DNA of 37,607 bases, taken from contig JANNWY010000143.1 of assembly GCA_031409335.1 (NCBI GenBank), forward strand, positions 1 to 37,607, written 5' to 3'. Under the pieces are notes generated by a model that was given only the letters and a program-made list of their open reading frames with translations, made no database searches and was not told the DNA's origin. This document shows positions 8,019 through 18,585 of the stretch, one piece after another. This DNA comes from Chthoniobacteraceae bacterium (GTDB taxonomy: Bacteria > Verrucomicrobiota > Verrucomicrobiia > Chthoniobacterales > Chthoniobacteraceae). A program made the position numbers and the translations under genes. Position 1 is the first letter of the stretch; the number at the start of each line of letters is the position of its first letter.

Positions 8019-9251
8019 TTGTCGGATCCATCAAAACTGCCACAAAAAGACCCCGCGACACCATCGGATGCCAGGGTAGTCATCGCTTCGCCATCCTCGT
8101 TCGAGTGTGTCGGCGGCCTCGCATCGTATGCCAGGTTTCTTGGCTGCCATTTGCGCGAAGCCGGTTGGTCCGGCACTTATGCTTCGGTTGCCGGATGCGG
8201 CTCGAACCTGGCAACATGGCCGGCTTCTCTCCGCTGGCCGATCGTCTCTGTCGGAAATGCAGCGCGGTGGAGCCGGTTGTGGCGACCGCTTTTCACCCGA
8301 ATGGCATCGCGCCCACCTTTTCATGGCTTGCTCGAACGGATGATCTCCTTCGCTCTCCCGGCGAAAGCGGTTTCGCAGGGGATCGGTCCGGCCGATGTCA
8401 TTCACTTCATCGGAACAGGTTGGGACTTCGCGGGGTTTGCGTTTCTCCGGGCGGCCCGCCGCATGGGGGTGCGATTCACAGTATTGCCAGCCGTCCACCC
8501 GCAGGCTTGGGGTGATGATGCCATTGATATCCGGCTTTACCGTCAGGCCGATTCGGTGATTTGCCTGTCGGCCCACGAAAAGCACCACCTTTCTGCCAGA
8601 GGCGTTTCAGAAACAAATCTGCTTCGATGCGGCCTGCCGCCGATGTGCCGGACGGATGGCGACAGGGAGCGATTTCGGACACGTCATGCGCTGGGCAGCA
8701 GTCCCGCCGTTCTTTTTCTAGGGCGCCGAGACGAGGGCAAGGGATACCCGGCCCTGCTGCGCGCCTGGCGGATTATTCTGGAGACTGTTCCCGATGCCGT
8801 GCTCCTGCTGGCAGGACCGAGTGGGAACGAATACCAAAGCCTGCTGGACGCCCTGACCGCCGGTTCAGTCCGGGACCTGCGAGTGCCCGATGAACCGGCC
8901 AAGGCCGACGCTCTCGCCGGATGCGACGTCTTTTGCCTTCCGTCCGCCCATGAGTCCTTCGGCATCGTCTATGTGGAGGCATGGTCCTATGGAAAGCCAG
9001 TGATTTGCGGGACGGCTCCTGCGTCGCGAGAACTGGTGCGGAATGGTGAGAATGGTTTGTGGTCGGATGGATCAGTCCAGTCGATTGCCGGGAAGATCGT
9101 CCGGTTGCTTGGCGACGGCGTACTGCGGAAGCGGTTTGGTCACGCCGGGCGTGCTCTCCAACAGGCGAATTTTACGTGGGACAAGGTCATCGAGGCGCAT
9201 TTGCAAGCCTTCGACTTCCTCAAAAGCAAGCCACAGATGCTCCATGCCTAA
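8019..9251 (+). CDS. Glycosyltransferase family 4 (start approximate)
   Basis: FLGRRDEGKG and LPSAHESFGIVYVEAWSYGKPVI. Confidence 0.88.
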   Translation: MSDPSKLPQKDPATPSDARVVIASPSSFECVGGLASYARFLGCHLREAGWSGTYASVAGCGSNLATWPASLRWPIVSVGNAARWSRLWRPLFTRMASRPPFHGLLERMISFALPAKAVSQGIGPADVIHFIGTGWDFAGFAFLRAARRMGVRFTVLPAVHPQAWGDDAIDIRLYRQADSVICLSAHEKHHLSARGVSETNLLRCGLPPMCRTDGDRERFRTRHALGSSPAVLFLGRRDEGKGYPALLRAWRIILETVPDAVLLLAGPSGNEYQSLLDALTAGSVRDLRVPDEPAKADALAGCDVFCLPSAHESFGIVYVEAWSYGKPVICGTAPASRELVRNGENGLWSDGSVQSIAGKIVRLLGDGVLRKRFGHAGRALQQANFTWDKVIEAHLQAFDFLKSKPQMLHA

Positions 9252-10149
9252 CCCATTGGTTAGCGTTATTGTGCCGACGTGTAATCGTCCGTCTGAGCTC
9301 CGCGTTTGCTTAAAGGCACTGGCTTCTCAGCTTCCTGCGGATGGCTCCGTCGAAATTCGAGTGTGCGACGATGGTGTCGGTCAAGAGACTGCAACACTGT
9401 TGGCACGGGAGTTCCCCTCAATCATCTGGCACGCCGGACCGCGCCGTGGGCCGGCAGCAAATCGGAATCTGGGCGCCAGCGTCGCAAGAGGGAACTGGTT
9501 GATTTTCGTTGATGATGACTGCATTCCCGGAACTGCATTCGTCTCGTCGTATCTGGACTACATCAAGAACGATCCGCAATTGGCAATCCGGCTGGCAGGA
9601 GCCACCCATCGTTCAGGCGAACCGTCGCTTCTGTGGGAGGCTCCCCATTACGTTAAGGATGTTGGACTGCCTCCGTCCTGCAATTTTGCGTTAAGGCGGG
9701 ACCTCTTCATGCAGTTTTGCGGCTTCGACGAGCGCTATCGCACGGCGTTCGAGGACATAGAGTTTTTTGCGCGATTGGAGGCCGGCGGTGTGCTTTCGCA
9801 TTTTTTGGATTCGGCTTCCGTGGAGCACCCGGCGCGCCGAATTCCATCTGCCATCAAGCTGGCGGAGCGGTGGGAGCCACGCGTGATCTACACTTTTGAT
9901 TTGGGAGCCTCACCAACACAAGTGTTTCTGGGACTTTCCGAACATATCTTCAAGATAATCGTATCCCGACTTTTGGAAGCGCGCTTTTATGCCGGAAACG
10001 TTAAAGCATCAGCCGTTTTCACTGCGGAATTCATTCACGCTGTCCGCCTGCTTCCGCATTGGATCAGAAAGCATGGCCGAAGCCCACGAAGTGCTTTTTG
10101 GAAGGCCCGCGCCGCCGAGGGTAACGTACCATTGCGTTTTGGCCTCTAG
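9244..10149 (+). CDS. Glycosyltransferase family 2
   Basis: VSVIVPTCNR, VCDDG, GPAANRNLGA, FVDDDC, GFDERY..EDIEF. Confidence 0.9.
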   Translation: MPNPLVSVIVPTCNRPSELRVCLKALASQLPADGSVEIRVCDDGVGQETATLLAREFPSIIWHAGPRRGPAANRNLGASVARGNWLIFVDDDCIPGTAFVSSYLDYIKNDPQLAIRLAGATHRSGEPSLLWEAPHYVKDVGLPPSCNFALRRDLFMQFCGFDERYRTAFEDIEFFARLEAGGVLSHFLDSASVEHPARRIPSAIKLAERWEPRVIYTFDLGASPTQVFLGLSEHIFKIIVSRLLEARFYAGNVKASAVFTAEFIHAVRLLPHWIRKHGRSPRSAFWKARAAEGNVPLRFGL

Positions 10150-10278
10150 GATGGAATAACGATTTTGGCGAAAGTGTTCCGGCAGCGAGGGAAGCCACCA
10201 ACACAGCGATATTTGTCCAACGCCTTTGGCTACGAAGCGTTCAAGTCTCGATACGCAAGCGATAAGACAACCCTACTG

Positions 10279-11058
10279 ATGCTCACTGCCAAACCCTGGC
10301 TTATGCGGCTATGTCCTCTGCGGTGGCGGGAAGGTGTCTATTACCGGCTCTTCCAGCGGCGGGCCGCCAAGTTCTTACCTTTGTATCAGTGTGCGTCGAT
10401 CGAATGTAGCCATGGTGCTTTCATGTGGAATCTTGTTCCTGGTGACATCATTTCCGGATCCGTGGCCTTCACTGGTGTCTATGAATGGCATCTGACGCAA
10501 AAGATCGTTCAACTCGTCCAGGGAGGAGCCGGGCGTTTTATCGACGTGGGGGCGAACATGGGATATTTTTCCATCCTTTGGGGATCGCTGACCCCGAAGG
10601 CGAAGGTCACGTCCTTTGAGCCGATTGAGCGCAACGTGAAACTACTGACCCGGAACCGCGACGGAAATAACCTGGGCGATCGTATCGAGATCATCGCGAA
10701 GGCGGCGTCGGATTCCAACGGTGGACTGACATTCGATCCGGGTCCGCCTGACCAGACAGGATGGGGTGGCATTTCGCCCACGGGCCCCCTTACCATCCCT
10801 TGCGTCCGGCTGGACGATGCAATTGGTGATGAGCGGGTCGATTTGATGAAAATCGATGTGGAGGGAGCCGAGGCATTCGTTCTGCGTGGGGCCGAACGCC
10901 TTATGCGTCAGGGCACGATTCGGCGGGTTGTATTCGAGTATAATTCGGAACGAGCCGCGGATCACCTCGGAGACAACGCGCGCAGCATCATGGAGAGCCA
11001 CGGATACAGGTGTCAGCGTTTTTGCCCGGGGATGTGGCTGGCGGAGCGTTTGGATTGA
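10279..11058 (+). CDS. FkbM-family SAM methyltransferase
   Basis: GVYE, FIDVGANMGYFS, SFEP, MKIDVEGAE. Start chosen at the first ATG. Confidence 0.88.
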   Translation: MLTAKPWLMRLCPLRWREGVYYRLFQRRAAKFLPLYQCASIECSHGAFMWNLVPGDIISGSVAFTGVYEWHLTQKIVQLVQGGAGRFIDVGANMGYFSILWGSLTPKAKVTSFEPIERNVKLLTRNRDGNNLGDRIEIIAKAASDSNGGLTFDPGPPDQTGWGGISPTGPLTIPCVRLDDAIGDERVDLMKIDVEGAEAFVLRGAERLMRQGTIRRVVFEYNSERAADHLGDNARSIMESHGYRCQRFCPGMWLAERLD

Positions 11059-11170
11059 ACAAAGACCGCCCGGTCTGACTCGACCGTCATTTCCGGGTGC
11101 CGTTTTAGGAATCGTCGTAGGAGAGCACTCATTGTCATTCGATTCACATGCGTGCCCCATTGTTACCACC

Positions 11171-12421
11171 ATGAAACTGGCGATCACGGGATTTGTCTCT
11201 GAACGAGCGGGCAGTATCGCGTCCGCACACGCACTATTGGTGCGGCAGCTTTTGGAGGAAGGGCATAAGATTGATTTTTTCTCCAAAATGACATTCGTCG
11301 ATCCGCGGCCTTCGATCGGAGAACACGATGGATTTCAGTTTATTGACGTTACGAACACTGGACCGGATCGGTTTCGGAGAAACGTACAGCATGTTCCGGG
11401 ATTGGGATTTGCCGCCATTCGCTTTGACGTATTTACGTATAACCGGTTGTTAGTCCGGGCGATCGCCCGCGCACATCTGAAACGCCGCTATGACATTTGC
11501 CTTTGGCTTGGTGAGTTTGCGCGGGGACGTGTTCCAGGACTCCTCAACGTGAGCTACTTGCAGGGTGCTCCGGGGTCCGATGCGAGATCCGTTCTCGACC
11601 GGGCCGCGGAAATTCAGAATCTTGCTGGATTGGTCGTGGCGCTGAGGTGGTATTTGCTCGCTCGCCTGAGGCTCTCCCGTTTTGGATTGCCGCCGTTTCA
11701 ACATAGTGATCATTGGATTGTTGGCAGTTCTGTGTCCCGTGAGACCATGTGCAACACCTATCGCATTCCAGAAGACCGGATTTCGATACTTGCCTACCCG
11801 ATTGATCTCCAGCTTTTCCAGCATATAGAGGTTAGCCCGCAGCGCGCAATAGATGCGCTCCGGGCACTTTGGTTGGGCCGGATCATTCCAAGGAAACGGC
11901 TCGATCTATTTCTCGATGGTGCTGCTTTGGCGATTGAGGGCGGTCTCGATTTGCATCTTACCATAGCGGGAGGAATTGGTTTCATGCCCGGCTACGAAAA
12001 GCTCATCAGCAACTTTCCTTATCCCGGTCGCTTGGTCTGGAAACAATCAGTCCCGAGGGAAGATGTGCCTCGACTCATTTCAGAGCATGATGTGCTCGTT
12101 CAGCCAAGCGATGAAGAGGATTTCGGTCACTCCGTGGCCGAAGCCCAAGCCTGCGGCCTCCCGGTAATCGTAGGCAATACGAATGGGAATCGAGACTATC
12201 TTTGTGCGCGCGATATCCATTTGGGCGACGACAAGCCATCGACGCTAGCAGAAGCGCTTCGCACCGTCGCGAAGCGGAAGGCAGAGGGTCGGCTGAGAGA
12301 TATTAACGAATCGCGAGAATTGGCTAAGAAATTATTCGATATCAAATCGGTTGGTATTCGGCTGACTGAGGTTCTTGAAGCGGCGGCCCTCAAGGTCGGG
12401 ATTTCGACGATTCAGCAGTGA
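11171..12421 (+). CDS. Glycosyltransferase family 4
   Basis: MKLAITG start, WLGRIIPRKR, PSDEEDFGHSVAEAQACGLPVI. Confidence 0.88.
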   Translation: MKLAITGFVSERAGSIASAHALLVRQLLEEGHKIDFFSKMTFVDPRPSIGEHDGFQFIDVTNTGPDRFRRNVQHVPGLGFAAIRFDVFTYNRLLVRAIARAHLKRRYDICLWLGEFARGRVPGLLNVSYLQGAPGSDARSVLDRAAEIQNLAGLVVALRWYLLARLRLSRFGLPPFQHSDHWIVGSSVSRETMCNTYRIPEDRISILAYPIDLQLFQHIEVSPQRAIDALRALWLGRIIPRKRLDLFLDGAALAIEGGLDLHLTIAGGIGFMPGYEKLISNFPYPGRLVWKQSVPREDVPRLISEHDVLVQPSDEEDFGHSVAEAQACGLPVIVGNTNGNRDYLCARDIHLGDDKPSTLAEALRTVAKRKAEGRLRDINESRELAKKLFDIKSVGIRLTEVLEAAALKVGISTIQQ

Positions 12422-12476
12422 GGTGGAGCCTGATCAGTTCCTGCTACCCGCCTGACTCGAAAAAAGCGTATGCGCC

Positions 12477-14030
12477 ATGCTGACTGACATTGCCGACATC
12501 CAGGGACGCTGCCTTCGCGGGGATATACTGATCATTGGCGCGGGCGCGATCGGCATTACTCTGGCGTTGGAGTTGGAGCGATCCGGCCTGACGGTGTACC
12601 TGCTTGAAAGTGGTGGGCGAAAATTTGAGCAGGAAACCCAAGCTCTCTACGACAGCGACGTAACAGGCATGCCGCATGGAGGCATCCATAACATGAGGTT
12701 TCGTCTGCTCGGCGGTTCGACAACGCGATGGGCAGGACAGGCATTGCCGCTGTTCGAAATGGACTTCGCTCATCGCGACTGGATTCCAAGCAGTGGCTGG
12801 CCGATTACGCGGGCAGATCTCGAGCCTTATTACGATCGGGCTCGACACTATCTGGGTATCCCGCCGTTTTCTGTCGAACCCGGCCAGGCAAATGGCTCGT
12901 TATGTCAGGGTCGTTATTCGCAGTTCAGCCCGGCTCCGGATTTTGCGTTGCGGTGGGGGTATGATCTCGCCCGTGCGTCGAATGTCACCGTGGTTCTCCA
13001 TGCGAATGTGCGGGAGATTCTGTTTTCCAAGGCGGAGGGTTGTGTCCACGGCGCCGTCGCGCGAAGCCTCGATGGGGTCGATACCGAGTTCCGCGCCTCG
13101 GCGGTGGTGATCGCCTGCGGTGGCATCGAATCCGCGCGCATTTTGCTGGCGAGCGATTCCGAGGTGGAAGGAGGATTGGGCAATCGACACGATTTGGTCG
13201 GCCGATGTTTCCAGGATCACCCTGCCTGTTTCGTCGGCGAGATTCATCCCCGCAAGAAGAGGGAACTCGCCCGGCGATGGGCTTCGACGAAGGTCGGCGG
13301 GGTGAAACATCAGTTTTATCTCACGGCGACCGCCGAGTATCAACGGGAGAAGGAGATGCCGCATTACTCAGCGTCGGTGGTCTATCCGCAGACGAACATT
13401 CCGGGGATGGAAGCGGCGAAACGATTGTTCAAGGCTTTGGTAAGGCGGGAGTATCAAGGAGGATTGACGAAGGACTTTCTCCAATGCATGCGCTCGCCGC
13501 TGGCACCCGCGAGGGCCGCTGTCCGGCACTTCTTCGCGAATCAATCGGCGTTGGACACCGACATCACGCCCGTCATGGGTATCGCGGGAGAACAGATTCC
13601 AAATCCAAAGAGTTGCGTGACGCTTTCAGGGCAGGTCGATCGGCTCGGGATGAAGAAGACGAGGCTGAACTGGGAACTTACGGCGTTCGATCTTTCAAGA
13701 CTCCAGACATGGGGACAGGACATGGCTGGGTATCTCGAGCGGCAGTACGATGTTTCGATCGACTTGGATGACTTTACGCGAGCGGCAAACTCCGGTGACT
13801 TGAAAGGCCGCGTATTCGATCAGGGGCATCACATAGGAACTCTCCGAATGGCGGAGACAGCGGAGTGCGGCGTTGTCAGTCCTTCCTGTGAGGTCTATGG
13901 GTGCATGAATCTCTTCGTCGCGAGCAGCGCCGTATTTCCCACCGGCGGCTTCTCGAATCCCACTTATACGGCGATGGCTCTGGCAATCCGATGTGGAGAC
14001 GAGATTGCGCGAAGATTATCCAGCCAATGA
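12477..14030 (+). CDS. GMC-family FAD-dependent oxidoreductase
   Basis: IIGAGAIG FAD motif, LGGSTTRWAG, VGRCFQDHP, HHIGTLRM, FPTGGFSNPTYT. Confidence 0.92.
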   Translation: MLTDIADIQGRCLRGDILIIGAGAIGITLALELERSGLTVYLLESGGRKFEQETQALYDSDVTGMPHGGIHNMRFRLLGGSTTRWAGQALPLFEMDFAHRDWIPSSGWPITRADLEPYYDRARHYLGIPPFSVEPGQANGSLCQGRYSQFSPAPDFALRWGYDLARASNVTVVLHANVREILFSKAEGCVHGAVARSLDGVDTEFRASAVVIACGGIESARILLASDSEVEGGLGNRHDLVGRCFQDHPACFVGEIHPRKKRELARRWASTKVGGVKHQFYLTATAEYQREKEMPHYSASVVYPQTNIPGMEAAKRLFKALVRREYQGGLTKDFLQCMRSPLAPARAAVRHFFANQSALDTDITPVMGIAGEQIPNPKSCVTLSGQVDRLGMKKTRLNWELTAFDLSRLQTWGQDMAGYLERQYDVSIDLDDFTRAANSGDLKGRVFDQGHHIGTLRMAETAECGVVSPSCEVYGCMNLFVASSAVFPTGGFSNPTYTAMALAIRCGDEIARRLSSQ

Positions 14031-15001
14031 ACGCCTCCGTATTACAGCCAGGGCTGGGCTTTGGGACGAGCAGTCTCGTTGGCGACTTGGGTTCCCGCGA
14101 CGGAATCGATTTTCTGGAAAAGGTTCTCGAATCCGGCGTCCGACACATCGACACGGCCCGGCTCTACGGTAGCGGAGACGCTGAAAAGATCGTGGGGGAA
14201 GCGCTGCTCCGATTTGGGTCGCCGGTGCGGGTCGTCACCAAGGCGGGATTGTCCCAACCCGGCGCAGTCTCCAGGATGAGTTATGCCAAACGACTGGCGC
14301 GACCTATTTTGAGAGCGCTCCCGCATCTCAGGAGATTCCTTCTGCGTTCGATGGCTGCGACATCTTCATTCGATCCCTCCACCCTCCGGCGCAGCATCGC
14401 CGAAAGCATGGAGGCTCTGAAGACGCCGAGCGTCGCGGCGCTCCTGCTGCATGATTGCCCCGCGGACGTGTGGCGGACGAGGGAGGTGCGAGGCGTACTT
14501 GAGGAGAGCCGCGGACGCGGAGAGGCGGTGGCAGTGGGTATTGCGACGAGTGTCGATGCAACACATGATGTGCTGTCCAATCCGGCGGGAAGTCCGCCGC
14601 AGGTCGTCCAGTTCGTGGACGACTTCACGGCGCGGACCGGTGGCCTGATGACGAAAGCGGAGCAAAAGGGGATGTTTCTGATTACCCATAGTGCAATCAG
14701 TGTCGCGCAGTCATGGGATGAGAAGGTGCGGAAATTGAGTGGATCGCAGCGCTCCCGATGGGACGACTTGATGGCGGTCACACCTTCGACCAGGAGAGAG
14801 TTGGCGGAGACCGCCATCCGGGTTGCCGCGGCCCGCAATCGCAAAGGTGTGGTCTTGTTTCGGAGCAAGCGTGCAGATCGCGTCAAGATTGCACGGGAAG
14901 CGAGCGAGAGTCCTGCGGATTCCGATTTGGTTTCCAGATGGGTGGAAGCGGCGGAGTTGCTTGCCGCGGCGGAGTTTCGAGGGAGCGCATTGCGAAGGTG
15001 A
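14027..15001 (+). CDS. Aldo/keto reductase
   Basis: LGFGT, IDTARLYGSGDAE, VTKAG, LLLHD. ATGA overlap with the GMC gene. Confidence 0.85.
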   Translation: MNASVLQPGLGFGTSSLVGDLGSRDGIDFLEKVLESGVRHIDTARLYGSGDAEKIVGEALLRFGSPVRVVTKAGLSQPGAVSRMSYAKRLARPILRALPHLRRFLLRSMAATSSFDPSTLRRSIAESMEALKTPSVAALLLHDCPADVWRTREVRGVLEESRGRGEAVAVGIATSVDATHDVLSNPAGSPPQVVQFVDDFTARTGGLMTKAEQKGMFLITHSAISVAQSWDEKVRKLSGSQRSRWDDLMAVTPSTRRELAETAIRVAAARNRKGVVLFRSKRADRVKIAREASESPADSDLVSRWVEAAELLAAAEFRGSALRR

Positions 15002-15010
15002 GCTTGGAAG

Positions 15011-16204
15011 ATGCGGATCGGACTAATCAGCTCAGCGTATCCTCCTAATTTCGATGGCATCGGTGACTACACTTGGTGGCTGGCGACTTCGCTGGTCGGG
15101 GAACTATCCGGTCAGGGAAAACGAACGAGAGATTGCGGCGCGTGTCCGGTTGTCGTCTTCACTCGGATCGGGATGGATCACAAGCCCGCGGACGGTGTCG
15201 AGGTGGCGCGATTTTTCGATCCGAGGTTTCCGGGCACTTTCGTCGGACTTTGGGAAACCATCGAACGCGACTATTCCAATCCAGACAGGAAAATCGACTG
15301 GCTCGTCTTGCAATACAATCCCTTCGGCTGGGGCCGGCGTGGGTATTGTCCTTGGGTGCCATCGACTTTGCACCGTCTCAGCCAAACGCCCGGCGCTCCG
15401 AGGCTCGCGGTGATGTTTCACGAAACGATGGCACCGCCCTGGCCGTGGAGATTCACCGTCATGCGCTGTTGGCAATGGCCGATCTTCCGCTCCGTGTGCC
15501 GCGCGGTGGATGTCGCATTCGTCTCCACCAACCGGTGGGCGCCGCAGGTCACGCGCATGGCGCCGCAGCTTCCCGTTCATCGGCTTCCGGTCGGATCGAA
15601 TATCCCCCTGTGCGAAATCTCCCGAACCGAGGCGCGGCGGAGAACAGGCATCGACGTGGACGCGCTGGTGCTCGGGGTGTTTGGCGCGGCACATGTGAGC
15701 CGCCGTCTCGACTGGGTCACCGCAGCCGTCGCAGAGGCGGTTCGGAGGCGGCCGGGAAAGCGCACGATCTTACTCTATGTCGGCGTGGACGGGAATGAAA
15801 TCCGCCGTCTATGTCCGGACGCCGATCTTATCGACGCCGGTCCATCGCCCGCCGGAGAAGTAAGCGTCCGTCTGCGAGCGATGGATGCGGTGCTTTCGCC
15901 ATTCGTCGATGGCATGTCCACCCGGCGGACCTCCGTGATTTCCGTGCTCCACCACGGCGTTCCCGTCGCCACGACGAGCACCGGCTGGACGGACGATCTG
16001 TTTCTCTCGGGGGTGCCAGACTTACTCCTGCTGTCGTCGGCCGCGTCGCCAGAAGCGTTTGCGGCGGAGACAGCGGCCTGGCTCGAAGGCATGCCGTCGG
16101 GCGGTCCACCTTATTCGGAACTAACCGATTTCCACGACCTGCACTTCAGTTGGCCGCGCATCGCCTCGACGATGCTCAAGCATCTGCATCATGTTAAAGA
16201 CTGA
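15011..16204 (+). CDS. Glycosyltransferase, GT4-like
   Basis: MRIGLISSAYPP..GIGDYT, VMFHE, PVGSNIP, PFVDG..RRTSV..LHHGVPVAT. Confidence 0.8.
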   Translation: MRIGLISSAYPPNFDGIGDYTWWLATSLVGELSGQGKRTRDCGACPVVVFTRIGMDHKPADGVEVARFFDPRFPGTFVGLWETIERDYSNPDRKIDWLVLQYNPFGWGRRGYCPWVPSTLHRLSQTPGAPRLAVMFHETMAPPWPWRFTVMRCWQWPIFRSVCRAVDVAFVSTNRWAPQVTRMAPQLPVHRLPVGSNIPLCEISRTEARRRTGIDVDALVLGVFGAAHVSRRLDWVTAAVAEAVRRRPGKRTILLYVGVDGNEIRRLCPDADLIDAGPSPAGEVSVRLRAMDAVLSPFVDGMSTRRTSVISVLHHGVPVATTSTGWTDDLFLSGVPDLLLLSSAASPEAFAAETAAWLEGMPSGGPPYSELTDFHDLHFSWPRIASTMLKHLHHVKD

Positions 16205-17357
16205 CCTGCTGATCGTTGGCGCTGGGTTCAGCGGTCTGGTGGTGGCGGAGCGGTTGGCGAGCCAGTATGGGTTGCACAGCCTGGTGGTCGAACGACGCCG
16301 TCACATCGGGGGGAATGCGTACGACGAGTACGACGATCATGGAGTGCTGGTTCATAGTTACGGGCCGCATTATTTTCGGACTAACTCAGATCGGATCGTC
16401 GAATACCTTTCCCAATTCACAGATTGGCGTCCGGTGGAATATCAAATCCGATCGTGGGTCGATGGCCGATATTGGAATTTCCCGATTAATCTGAACACCT
16501 TCGAGCAATTTCAGGGACGCGCCTCTTCAACGGAGGAATTCGAGTCATGGCTGGCGGTGAATCGCATCTTTGTCGAGAATCCAAAAAATTCCGAGGAAGT
16601 AATCGTTTCGCAGGTGGGTTGGGAGCTTTATCGCAAGTTTTTTGAAGGCTACAGTTTGAAGCAATGGAAACGCCACCCGCGGGAATTGGACGCGTCCGTC
16701 TGCGGACGGATACCGATTCGCACAAACCGGGACGACCGTTATTTCAACGACCGATTTCAGGCTCTGCCGAAGGCCGGTTACACTCGACTCTTTGATCGCA
16801 TGGTCGCCAGTTGCGGTGGCAGAGTGAGGCTTCTGCTCAATACCGAGTACCGTGAGATTCTTCCGCACGTGTCTTTTCGACACATGGTCTATACGGGTCC
16901 CATCGATGAGTACTTCGATCATTGCGATGGGCATCTTGCGTATCGATCTTTGCGGTTCGAGCGGGAGTCGTTTGCAGGCGATCAACTCTCCGCAAGACTG
17001 GCAATCTCCGGCCGCCGGGGATTCTGGCAGCCGGCGTTGCAGGTGAACTACCCGAACGAATTCGAGTTCACCCGGATCGTCGAGGTAAAGCACGCCACGG
17101 CGCAGCAATGTGAGAACACGACGATCGTGCGCGAGTATCCCGATGATTTCAGCCCCGGCAAGGAACCATACTACCCAGTACCTGCGCCGGACACGGCGGC
17201 ACTTTATCGGAAGTATCTCGATCGAGCCACGGCCCAGCCGGGAGTGAGCTTTATCGGGCGTCTTGCGACTTACCGCTATTACAATATGGACCAGGTGGTG
17301 GGCATGGCTTTGACGGAAGCGGAAAAGATTGGAGCGAGCTTCGCCCCCGGCCAGTGA
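16191..17357 (+). CDS. glf: UDP-galactopyranose mutase
   Basis: IVGAGFSG, HIGGNAYD, HSYGPHYFRT, YTGPIDEYF, EPYYPVP, GRLATYRYYNMDQVV. Confidence 0.96.
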   Translation: MLKTDLLIVGAGFSGLVVAERLASQYGLHSLVVERRRHIGGNAYDEYDDHGVLVHSYGPHYFRTNSDRIVEYLSQFTDWRPVEYQIRSWVDGRYWNFPINLNTFEQFQGRASSTEEFESWLAVNRIFVENPKNSEEVIVSQVGWELYRKFFEGYSLKQWKRHPRELDASVCGRIPIRTNRDDRYFNDRFQALPKAGYTRLFDRMVASCGGRVRLLLNTEYREILPHVSFRHMVYTGPIDEYFDHCDGHLAYRSLRFERESFAGDQLSARLAISGRRGFWQPALQVNYPNEFEFTRIVEVKHATAQQCENTTIVREYPDDFSPGKEPYYPVPAPDTAALYRKYLDRATAQPGVSFIGRLATYRYYNMDQVVGMALTEAEKIGASFAPGQ

Positions 17358-17358
17358 C

Positions 17359-18567
17359 ATGAATGCCAAACTGGACCGGCTTATTTTCTTTACCAGCCTG
17401 CCAAAGGTGGGTGGACACACCACGATCACCCTTGGCCTGTGCCAGCTTCTCAGACCGCACTTCCGGGAGCTGGAAGTATGGTGCAAGACGATGCCGGGGC
17501 ATGGATTTTCCGCGCCTGCGCTGGAGGAATTGCAGGCGATGGGCTGCCGCGTCGAGTGCCTCGCCGATGAGGAAGGGAAGTTACATCCGTGGAAGCTCAT
17601 CAAGCTGATCTTCCGCGCATTCGGCCAGCCTTCGACACATTTGTTCGTATTGACGATGGGGCACCTTTCACTGGTGCTGGCTTTGCTGCTGGCAAGGAGG
17701 CGGTCCTTGTATTACTACATCACCCACGACCTGAGCGGTGGAACCTTTCGGCGGCTCTCCCTATATCGCCGCGCATTTGAGAAGCTCGTCTTCATCAGTC
17801 CGGCGACTTACCACGGGTTCCTGCGGGGAGGCGGGAAGGGGAGGAAAGTCTTTTGGGCGGCGCAATGTTCCGAGATGTCCACGGACAACGCCCAAATCCT
17901 CTCGGCGGAACGCAACGCGGCGCTTGGGCAGAGCCGGTCAATCCGGTTCGGCTTAATCGGCCGGTTGACCGAGCAAAAGGGTGCCGACGAGATACTGCGC
18001 TTTATAGATACGACCACCTCGATGTGCGAATTTCACATCGCGGGTACCGGCCCGTTTGCCGAGGAGTTCCAGAAGCGGGATGACGCATACCGGGCTGGCG
18101 CGAGAGTAAGAGTGCGTTTCCACGGGGCTTATGATCCCACGGAGCGCGTGCGGTTTCTTCGCGATTTCTTTGCGGAAGTGGACTGGTTAATTGTGCCGAC
18201 TCTGGATGAATGGGAAACATTGTGCATGGCTTTGTTGGAGGGGCTGCAACACGGGGTTCCCTGCATTGCCACGCGAACTGGCGGGCTGACTTCCTTTGCC
18301 ATGCCGGAACTCGGTCCTGCACCCGCTTCAGTGTTCCGGCTGATCGAGCCGGCGGATATTTGCGCGGTTCTGGAGGGAGTTGCTACTTCGCCACGTCCGC
18401 CGATCGCCTTAACAGTCCGAGAATGCCTGGATTACTATTCCCGGCATTTCTCGAATGAAGCCGTGGGCAAACGATGGCTGGATCTCGTGAGTTGCCAAGG
18501 CGAAGGGAACTCGCGCGAGGTGGGAATCGCCGGACATGCCGAACTGCCCAGTCAGGTATCCGAATAG
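17359..18567 (+). CDS. Glycosyltransferase family 4
   Basis: IGRLTEQKG and EWETLCMALLEGLQHGVPCIATRTGG. Confidence 0.82.
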   Translation: MNAKLDRLIFFTSLPKVGGHTTITLGLCQLLRPHFRELEVWCKTMPGHGFSAPALEELQAMGCRVECLADEEGKLHPWKLIKLIFRAFGQPSTHLFVLTMGHLSLVLALLLARRRSLYYYITHDLSGGTFRRLSLYRRAFEKLVFISPATYHGFLRGGGKGRKVFWAAQCSEMSTDNAQILSAERNAALGQSRSIRFGLIGRLTEQKGADEILRFIDTTTSMCEFHIAGTGPFAEEFQKRDDAYRAGARVRVRFHGAYDPTERVRFLRDFFAEVDWLIVPTLDEWETLCMALLEGLQHGVPCIATRTGGLTSFAMPELGPAPASVFRLIEPADICAVLEGVATSPRPPIALTVRECLDYYSRHFSNEAVGKRWLDLVSCQGEGNSREVGIAGHAELPSQVSE

Positions 18568-18585
18568 GAATGCGTAATTGTTCCC

